NCBI GenBank assembly: GCA_042568205.1
Contig: JBHPJE010000005.1
Span: 3,267 to 67,266 of the forward strand
Direction: 5' to 3'
DNA: 64,000 nucleotides
Origin: Patescibacteria group bacterium
Lineage (GTDB): Bacteria > Patescibacteriota > Gracilibacteria > UBA1369 > PNNO01
This document shows positions 35,383-43,047 of the stretch, in pieces. The notes beneath the pieces were generated by a model that saw only the letters and a list, made by a program, of their open reading frames with translations, was not told the DNA's origin and made no database searches. The position numbers were made by a program, and so were the translations under genes. Position 1 is the first letter of the stretch. Every line of letters begins with the position of its first letter.

Positions 35383-37983
35383 ATGCGCATTTTCACTAGA
35401 TATTGTTATAAAACATACGTTAAAGACAGAGCTTGGAAACAAGTAGTTCAATGGTTTGTTATTGGAGCTACTTCAATTTTATTCCTTGGAACTTTTGCTG
35501 TTGCAGACGCTTATGCGGCAGCTGTTACAAGAGATATCGAAGGCGAAACTACAGCAGTTGGAGATCCGGATGAAGGAGAATTAGATTTTGAAGCTGATCC
35601 AGGTACTGGAAGCTTTGAAGATTATAGTGCGCGACTTTATTTCAGTGGAAATTATACTGGTGACGAGCCTGATGATTTTGAACTTAGAGGTTGGGTATGG
35701 AATCCACAATTTGGATGGATTAGTTTATATTGCGGACCTACTCAGACAAATCAAGGCGTTCCCTGTGGAGATATTGAGTATGGAGTAAAGGTTAATTTAC
35801 AGGATGATGGACGAATGTATGGATGGGCATGGGGAGATAATGTTGGATGGATAAGTTTTAACTGCGAAGGAACAATAAATGAAACCTTGGAATGTGGAAG
35901 CTCAGAATACGGGTCGTATCTTGCTATTGAGGTTAATACAGATTTAGGAACAGTTGAAGCACAAGATTCAACTCGTGAACCAATGGCCTGGGCTGATACT
36001 GTTGGAAAATTTAGTTTAAATGGGATCGGTTCATCTATTCTCGATTTAATGATAAATCCGGGAACTAGTGAATCTCAGGCAGGAGTTTGGACAAAAGTTG
36101 AAAATTTTGGAAGTGGAAATCCGGATGAAATCCCAACAAAAAATGTTATGCCTGCTGCTGATAGTAAAGAAGCATACGTTTTGTTTATTCATATAGCTGA
36201 TATATTAGGCAATCCAATTACAGATCCTTCTGTAACTGTTGATATAAGTACAAATTGGATTGATACAATTCAAAGAGATCAAACAATTGATGATCAAAGC
36301 GGATTAAATTTAGCTACTTCAACTTATCCACGGAATACTAACGGATTTACTGTTAATACAGGACCAGCAACAACAACTGGTGGAGTTATAGGATCATATT
36401 ATGCACCTATAACTTCAAATGCCCCAACAGATGAAGGCAATTGTTACGATCCAGATAATGATGGTTGCGATTTTTATTATAGAGAATTCGCAGATGTAGA
36501 TATCCCAGAACAAAAGCTTGAATACCTGGGAGGTAGCGTAACTATAACTGTTCCAAGTCTTGGATCAGTTACTGTTGATCCTATTCCTTTTGTAACTTCA
36601 GATATAAGAAATATGGATTTCGTAGCACCGATAGAAATTGATAATTTAAGCTTCATGCTCCCAGGAAATACGCCTGAACCAATTGGTGTGATCCAGGCAA
36701 CACGAAATAAAATTGATACATTTAATATTACTGCAAAAAAGAATGGTGATGCATCAAATGAATCAATTACACTTGAGCTTACTAGCTTAGAAGATGATGT
36801 TAAATATAATTTTATTGATACTATAAATGATAATCCTTTCTTTGGTTCCAATATAAAAACTCTTACTTATAATACAATTAATGCGCTAACAGACAATGAA
36901 ATCTATGCAATTCCTTTTACTCCTAATTTAGAATCAGCTGAAGATTTATTAAATCTTGTTGCTGGTGCAGAACTTAGATCAACGATAGAGTATGGATCAA
37001 TAAAATATTACAACAATGGTCTTCCTCGAACAGATGATTCGGAAATTATCAACCAGACAGTAGCAATTTTAAGTGGAAGTGTGTTCTCGCCAGGTGCAAT
37101 TCAGGCTTCTTCTGAAGCTGAAGTTACTATATATGGAGACGTAGCTGTTTATGAAATGCGAACCCGGGTATTAGAAGATGTTAGTAGCCTAATAAGAGGA
37201 ATAACTATTCCAAGTGTTGGAACATTTACAATCGATGATACAACAACTGAAACTGAACTTGCTAATCATTCGCTAAAAAAAGGACGCATATATTTCTTTG
37301 AAGATACTGATGTCCATTTAGAAAGCATGGCTCTTTTACCAGACTATGCTCCTTCAACGGACTCTCCTATTTCAATCATTCTTCGTGGTGGAGATTTATA
37401 TGTTGATGGAAATATAAACGAATTTGGCGATCCTACTCCAATCGGACTAATCGTTCTTGAATCAAACACAGATACAAATGAAGCAACAAAAGGTGGACAT
37501 ATTTATGTTAAAAATAATGTAACTGATATGGTTGAAGTTAGTATTTTTGCAGATGGCCCAATGTATAGATATGTGGATGGCATTTGCTTTAATTCTACTG
37601 ATGGCTTACGAGAACCAAACTTTGTTGATGGATCATACGGATGCGATACACCGGGTGATTACAAAGAACCAATTTCTTCAATTCCGAATACATTCTACTT
37701 AAAAGGAAACATTGCAACTTCAAACTGTCTTGGATGTTCAGTTAGCGCTGCACCAACTCGAGGCGATGGAACAATAATTCCAGGCGGAACAACTGCAAAA
37801 AACTTTGCAATTGCCCGACTATACGATTTTAATTACTTCAGTTACTTTAGACTTCATCCAGAAACAAGCGCACCAATGGGTGCATTTGCAACAAACGTTC
37901 CTGCTTCAGCTCCAGCGAACCGACCTGTGTACATTGAATATTCCCCTGCTCCAAGCGACATGTTTGGATTAAGAAGCTTTTAA
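35383..37983 (+). CDS. Large exported protein with GW(A/V)W...GWIS(F/L) repeats
   Basis: TM/signal; GWVWNPQFGWISLYC and GWAWGDNVGWISFNC repeats; C-terminal GGDLYVDGNI...GLIV beta-helix-like region. Confidence 0.8.
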   Translation: MRIFTRYCYKTYVKDRAWKQVVQWFVIGATSILFLGTFAVADAYAAAVTRDIEGETTAVGDPDEGELDFEADPGTGSFEDYSARLYFSGNYTGDEPDDFELRGWVWNPQFGWISLYCGPTQTNQGVPCGDIEYGVKVNLQDDGRMYGWAWGDNVGWISFNCEGTINETLECGSSEYGSYLAIEVNTDLGTVEAQDSTREPMAWADTVGKFSLNGIGSSILDLMINPGTSESQAGVWTKVENFGSGNPDEIPTKNVMPAADSKEAYVLFIHIADILGNPITDPSVTVDISTNWIDTIQRDQTIDDQSGLNLATSTYPRNTNGFTVNTGPATTTGGVIGSYYAPITSNAPTDEGNCYDPDNDGCDFYYREFADVDIPEQKLEYLGGSVTITVPSLGSVTVDPIPFVTSDIRNMDFVAPIEIDNLSFMLPGNTPEPIGVIQATRNKIDTFNITAKKNGDASNESITLELTSLEDDVKYNFIDTINDNPFFGSNIKTLTYNTINALTDNEIYAIPFTPNLESAEDLLNLVAGAELRSTIEYGSIKYYNNGLPRTDDSEIINQTVAILSGSVFSPGAIQASSEAEVTIYGDVAVYEMRTRVLEDVSSLIRGITIPSVGTFTIDDTTTETELANHSLKKGRIYFFEDTDVHLESMALLPDYAPSTDSPISIILRGGDLYVDGNINEFGDPTPIGLIVLESNTDTNEATKGGHIYVKNNVTDMVEVSIFADGPMYRYVDGICFNSTDGLREPNFVDGSYGCDTPGDYKEPISSIPNTFYLKGNIATSNCLGCSVSAAPTRGDGTIIPGGTTAKNFAIARLYDFNYFSYFRLHPETSAPMGAFATNVPASAPANRPVYIEYSPAPSDMFGLRSF

Positions 37984-38010
37984 AGTACTCAGTCATCGCG
38001 AATGACTCGG

Positions 38011-39633
38011 TCATTTCTTTCTGGCTTTTTCAGTAACCTTGTATTCGAGGTGCTTGCCGAACATAAGCCTTGTTTGTGCATCAAGTGCTGGGATTGCACT
38101 AAGGAAAATTGAAGTGACTGGCACAAGAAGCCATTGAATGAGAAGCAAAAATCTACCCCATAGAGATTTTTTTTCGCGCTTCGGTACAACAATCACACTT
38201 ATGATTCCGCACATTATTATTCCGACAGCTGCGATTGTTAAAATCTGCGAAGTGATCTGCGGCAGATTGTAGGCAAGAACTGATCCTCTGAATTCTGCAT
38301 TCATTAAAGATGGCCAAAATCCCGCTGTCATTATAATTATTGGACCAGTTGCCCAAAAAAATGCATTTTCTAAAAATATAAATATCCGCTTAACTTTTTC
38401 ACCAAATTTAATTTTTGGATGTCTTGAAATGTTCAATGCCATGAATGGAAAATCCACAACTCCCCATGCCCATCGACGCAATTGAATATACTGACTTTTA
38501 AAAGTTTCAACATAAGTATCTGACAAAACCGCATCCATATAAACCGGAGTATAAATCCAACTAACAGTATGCTTTCCATTATATTTCATAAAAGCTGTCC
38601 AAAACTGACGTGAGTCTTCAGGGATAATTGAAGGATCCCAATAGTTGGTATCAAGCACAGTTCTGAATCCCATTGAACGAGATGAAAAACTCTTATATTT
38701 ATTTTTATCAAGAGCTTCAGCCATTCGCCAAAAAGTACAAGAAAGCGCAACCATTCGAATCATTATCGGAACATCCCAGATATTATTATGAAACATGTGG
38801 GTTGGTTGATATACCTTTTGCGTTCGATTTTTTGTCATCAAATATTTGAAAGTCAGCTCAGAAAAATATGCCGGATGAACTACGGTATCAGCGTCAAAAT
38901 TACTTAAAATCACATTATTATAATCAATGTCTTGAGAGTCCACATACTTCTTAAGCTCTTTTGCAGCAAAAGTTGCATTCGCGCTTTTCCCAGGGATTTC
39001 TCCAGGTATTCCCTTTGGATGAACCGTTGTAATAACTTTAAAAAACTTATGTCCAAATTCTTCTATGAGCTTGTTAGAGATTTTTTTGAAATTTTCCTGA
39101 TCCCCTTCTTCACCTCCAAGCACAAGTATTAGCTTTTCATGAGGATAAAAACTTTCAGTATAAGATTTCACTGATTCGCGAACTAATTCGAAAGACTCTT
39201 TAAAAGTAACAACCAAAATTGCATGATAAATTTCACTCGGCTTCAAATATTGCTCATGTTTTTTCATCCAAATATATCTATTTTTGAGATTTTTTAGTTC
39301 AAGATTGAGAATTCGCATTGGTTGCAAAAGTGGTTTCTTAAAATCAACCTCACTTACTGCTTGGTCGATCTTTTCTGGGTGCTCAACAAGGTCCAAAAGA
39401 TAATTCCAATTCACTTTCATAGCATTTTGAGTACGTCGATATCCTCTATATAAATTGATACTCAAACGGATAGATCTAAAAAGCCAAATCAAAGCATACA
39501 CAATAGCCAAAAGCGCAATCGCAATCGGGTAATAAATTGCAATAACTATCGGCAATAAAAGTGCTGACCAGGCAATCAAACCTGGCACCATTTCAAGCAA
39601 GCGCCAATATTTATGTTTTGTGATTAATTCCAT
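38011..39633 (-). CDS. Membrane glycosyltransferase family 2
   Basis: GKSAN, FDAD, IPED, Q..RWAWG processive GT2 motifs; multiple TM. Confidence 0.88.
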   Translation of the reverse strand: MELITKHKYWRLLEMVPGLIAWSALLLPIVIAIYYPIAIALLAIVYALIWLFRSIRLSINLYRGYRRTQNAMKVNWNYLLDLVEHPEKIDQAVSEVDFKKPLLQPMRILNLELKNLKNRYIWMKKHEQYLKPSEIYHAILVVTFKESFELVRESVKSYTESFYPHEKLILVLGGEEGDQENFKKISNKLIEEFGHKFFKVITTVHPKGIPGEIPGKSANATFAAKELKKYVDSQDIDYNNVILSNFDADTVVHPAYFSELTFKYLMTKNRTQKVYQPTHMFHNNIWDVPIMIRMVALSCTFWRMAEALDKNKYKSFSSRSMGFRTVLDTNYWDPSIIPEDSRQFWTAFMKYNGKHTVSWIYTPVYMDAVLSDTYVETFKSQYIQLRRWAWGVVDFPFMALNISRHPKIKFGEKVKRIFIFLENAFFWATGPIIIMTAGFWPSLMNAEFRGSVLAYNLPQITSQILTIAAVGIIMCGIISVIVVPKREKKSLWGRFLLLIQWLLVPVTSIFLSAIPALDAQTRLMFGKHLEYKVTEKARKK

Positions 39634-39715
39634 CGGACACGAACGTTAGTGAGTGTCTCGCGAGCGAAAACTTATCGCGAGCCAAGCGTGAGTCCGCCTT
39701 GGCGGACGAACTCCT
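39634..39715 (-). repeat. About 82-bp palindromic interspersed element, copy 1 (intergenic)
   Basis: AGGAGTTCGTCCGCCAAGGCGGACTCACGCTTGGCTCGCGATAAGTTTTCGCTCGC...; homologous to 60616-60698. Confidence 0.88.
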
Positions 39716-41119
39716 TTAAATTTTATACCAATCCAAGTTAACTTCTGGATATTTCTTAAGTTGATCAACCATAATTTCCTGAATCTCAGCTAACTTTTCT
39801 TCAGACTCGGCTTCAAATCTTAATGTAAGATTAGGAGATGTATTCGAACATCGAACAGCTCCCCACGCTGTGTCTGAAAAATTGATTCGGACACCATCTA
39901 AAGTTGAACAATCATAATTTTCAGTAAAATAATCTGTTAATTCCCGAACAATACCAAACTTTCTATCGTCTGGTGTGTGAGCTTTGAATTCGGGAGTCAT
40001 AAAAGTATGCATAACATCATCAAATAAATGACTAAAGCTCACGTCTGACTTTGATAAAATTTCTAAAAGCTTTGCAGCCCCTAAAAATGCATCATCAAAT
40101 CCATAATAATCTTCTCCAAAAAATAAATGCCCACTAACTTCACCAGCTAATGGCGCACCAATTTCTTTCATTTTTGCTTCAATGAACGAATGACCAGTCT
40201 TACACATAACTGGCTCACCGCCGTGCTTCTTAATATCATCAATAAGAGCAAGAGAAACCTTAACATCGAATACAACTTTTGCTCCAGGTTGCCGTGTTAA
40301 TAAGTCACGCGCCAAAAGCATTAGTAAAAAATCTGCTGAATAATGATGTCCTGTTTCATCAACCACACCAACTCGATCACCATCTCCATCAAATCCAAGA
40401 CCAATGTCTGCGCCGACCTCTTTAACTTTTGCAATTAGGTCGACCATGTTTTCATACTCTTCTGGATTCGCCTCATGATTTGGAAAATTACCATCAAGTT
40501 CACAATAAAGTTCAGTGACTTCGCAGCCAATTGCTCTTAAAACTTCTGGTGCGAAAGCTCCGGCAGTTCCATTTCCTGCATCGACTACGACTTTTAAAGG
40601 CTTTTGCAGGTCAACTTTCGAAGCAAGTTCTGTTTTGTAATCTTCAAAAATATCACGTTCGGTTAGCGTGCCTTCTCCTTCTGCAAATTCTCCACTTTCG
40701 ATTATTTTAACAACCTCTTGCAAGTCATCTCCACAAACTGAATGAGCATCCTTGCTTACGATTTTTATTCCATTATATTCTTTTGGATTGTGGGAAGCTG
40801 TGATATTTGCTCCGCCATCGAATCCATATTTGCATACTGCATAATAAAGCATTGGTGAAGGAGATATGCCAATATCTGTCACATCACATCCGGTTTCTAA
40901 AAGGCCTTCGATATATGCTTTTTGAAGATCCGGCGAATGAAGACGATTGTCTCGTCCAACAACTAAATTCTTGCCACTGATTTTTTGAAGATATGTTCCT
41001 GCTCCTTTTCCAATTAATTTACAAGTTTCTGGTGTTAGGTCTACTTCCGGAAATTGTTCAGTTGCCTGTGCGATTCCGCGAATATCATACGCACGAAAAA
41101 TATGAGAATTGACTTTCAT
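39716..41119 (-). CDS. Phosphomannomutase/phosphoglucomutase
   Basis: IFRAYDIRG, TASHNP, FDGDGDR, GEVSGH, VRCSNTSP. Confidence 0.95.
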   Translation of the reverse strand: MKVNSHIFRAYDIRGIAQATEQFPEVDLTPETCKLIGKGAGTYLQKISGKNLVVGRDNRLHSPDLQKAYIEGLLETGCDVTDIGISPSPMLYYAVCKYGFDGGANITASHNPKEYNGIKIVSKDAHSVCGDDLQEVVKIIESGEFAEGEGTLTERDIFEDYKTELASKVDLQKPLKVVVDAGNGTAGAFAPEVLRAIGCEVTELYCELDGNFPNHEANPEEYENMVDLIAKVKEVGADIGLGFDGDGDRVGVVDETGHHYSADFLLMLLARDLLTRQPGAKVVFDVKVSLALIDDIKKHGGEPVMCKTGHSFIEAKMKEIGAPLAGEVSGHLFFGEDYYGFDDAFLGAAKLLEILSKSDVSFSHLFDDVMHTFMTPEFKAHTPDDRKFGIVRELTDYFTENYDCSTLDGVRINFSDTAWGAVRCSNTSPNLTLRFEAESEEKLAEIQEIMVDQLKKYPEVNLDWYKI

Positions 41120-41166
41120 GTGTGTCTGTTAAATTTTGGAGTTGTACTATAGCAGCATTCTCCGCT

Positions 41167-41673
41167 TTAGGCAATCATTTTCAAGCGCTCAACGCCTTTC
41201 CATTTTTTAATCAATTCTGCGACCTTTGGATGGACGTCGTCGACCCAGGTCTTATCGCCTTTGAGCATTTTTTCACGGACCAAAGTTCCATGAACTTCGA
41301 AGTTGAAATCGAGTGATGCGATTTCGTATTTTCCATAAGATTGATAAAGTTCGCGGACAATTTGAGAACCTGTGTAAACCTTATAAACTGGAGGGATATA
41401 TTGATCAACATGCGCAGTCCAAAGCATGAAATTTTTAACATTTCGCACAGGAATAATTACGTATTTATCTCTATCTATCCCAGAAGCGCCAAGTGCAACT
41501 TCAATCATTTGAAATCGTTCGCCGGCAGTGAATGGATTTGCAGGCTCATTGTTTTCTTCGGCAGATCCAATTACAAGCACCACGCGGTCTTCATTTTCAA
41601 GCATCGACTTAATAGCATCAAGATGCCCATTATGGAATGGCTGAAATCGTCCTACAAATAAAGCTTGTTTCAT
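41167..41673 (-). CDS. nadM: Nicotinamide-nucleotide adenylyltransferase (NadM type)
   Basis: VGRFQPFHNGH, IGSA, NPFTAGER, GTLVR. Confidence 0.9.
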   Translation of the reverse strand: MKQALFVGRFQPFHNGHLDAIKSMLENEDRVVLVIGSAEENNEPANPFTAGERFQMIEVALGASGIDRDKYVIIPVRNVKNFMLWTAHVDQYIPPVYKVYTGSQIVRELYQSYGKYEIASLDFNFEVHGTLVREKMLKGDKTWVDDVHPKVAELIKKWKGVERLKMIA

Positions 41674-42416
41674 TATCTAGGGATTATGAATGGTACTTCT
41701 AATTTATGTGCATTGTCGCGAATTCGTTTAAACACCGATCGAACTGTCATCGGATTCATTCCCTTTTCAATCAAAACTTCTTCTCCTTCTTCAAGTTTAC
41801 CAAGAATCATATCGAGATCTTTATATGATGCTCCTAGTTCTGCTTCGTCAGTTTGGCCAGGCCATAATTCAGCTGATGGTGGCTTTTGAACAATCTCTTG
41901 AGGAAGTTGCAAAAATTCAGCTAGTTCAACAACTTCAGTTTTATATAAAGAACCAATTGGTAAAAGGTCAGCAGCGAGATCTCCGTGTTTTGTTCCGTAT
42001 CCAAGCATGAGTTCGCTTTTGTTTGAAGTACCGAGTACTAACGCACGATTTGAATTTGCATAATTATAAAGAAGGTTTGCTCGCACTCGGGCCTTAGTGT
42101 TTGCGAGTGCGATGTCTTGTTGTTTCCAAGGCACAGTTAGATAGTCGACTAAATAATTACTGATCTGAACTTTATAATTTTCTGTTCCTAAAAATTCAGC
42201 TAATCCAACTGCGTGCTTTGTATTTTCTGAACTCGTAACTCCACTTTCCGGCATTACTAAAGCACAAACATTGTCTCCTCCCAATGCATCAACAGCGAGT
42301 TTTAGTACTACTGCAGAATCCAATCCACCTGAAACTCCTAGAACTCCTCGCTTAAATCCAGCTCCACTAAAGTATGCTTTTGTTCCTTCAACCAGTGTTG
42401 TGTATAGTTTTTCCAT
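41673..42416 (-). CDS. nadE: NH3-dependent NAD+ synthetase
   Basis: GVSGGLDS, N.KARVR, GTSNKSE..LGY.TK.GD, KPPSAELW.GQTDE; start MEKLY at 42416. Confidence 0.93.
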   Translation of the reverse strand: MEKLYTTLVEGTKAYFSGAGFKRGVLGVSGGLDSAVVLKLAVDALGGDNVCALVMPESGVTSSENTKHAVGLAEFLGTENYKVQISNYLVDYLTVPWKQQDIALANTKARVRANLLYNYANSNRALVLGTSNKSELMLGYGTKHGDLAADLLPIGSLYKTEVVELAEFLQLPQEIVQKPPSAELWPGQTDEAELGASYKDLDMILGKLEEGEEVLIEKGMNPMTVRSVFKRIRDNAHKLEVPFIIPR

Positions 42417-42420
42417 GTTG

Positions 42421-42867
42421 TTATTTTCGTTTAAGGGCGCGTGCAATGTCAAGATTTTGATCGCGTTTTTTTAGATCCGCTCGTTTATCATAGAGTTTTT
42501 TTCCTCTTACCAATCCGATTTTTAGTTTGATGAGGCCTGCTTTTGTGTACATTTCTAATGGTACGCAAGTTGTTCCGGTTTCATTTAGTTGTTTTAAAAT
42601 TTTGAGGATTTCTTTTTCGTGAAGAAGAAGTTTTCGTTTTCTTGTTGGATTTGGATTGCTTTTATTGGCGAATTTATATGGAGAAATATGCGCATCGTTA
42701 AGCCAAACTTCATGTTTTGAATCAATATCAACATAACTCCCTTTAAGATTGCAATTTGATGCTTTGCAGGATTTTACCTCAGGTCCAAGCAGCGCAATTC
42801 CAGCCTCGAAAGTGTCGAGAATTTCATAATCGTGGAAAGCCTTTTTATTTTTTGAGAGAGAGGGCAT
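42421..42867 (-). CDS. smpB: SsrA-binding protein
   Basis: NKKAFHDY, EAGIAL.G.EVKS, RKLLLH, GKKLYDKR. Confidence 0.97.
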   Translation of the reverse strand: MPSLSKNKKAFHDYEILDTFEAGIALLGPEVKSCKASNCNLKGSYVDIDSKHEVWLNDAHISPYKFANKSNPNPTRKRKLLLHEKEILKILKQLNETGTTCVPLEMYTKAGLIKLKIGLVRGKKLYDKRADLKKRDQNLDIARALKRK

Positions 42868-42933
42868 ATGGAAATTTATAAGTTGCGTTTTAGTTTAGTC
42901 ATTTTTTGGCTTTCAAATCAAGAGGATTATGCA

Positions 42934-43047
42934 TATAATAGCTTCCCAAGCTTCGCTTGACTAAAACAATGAGCGAAGTATTGCTCATTGAAAAAATACG
43001 GCCAAAAACACAAATGAAAACTGATCGAAAGAAGGAGGACTGTTATT
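42934..43047 (+). promoter_or_regulatory. Promoter (-10) plus leader with boxA-like motif and SD
   Basis: TATAAT 42934; TGCTCATTGAAAA 42982-42994; SD AAGGAGG 43032-43038. Confidence 0.68.
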
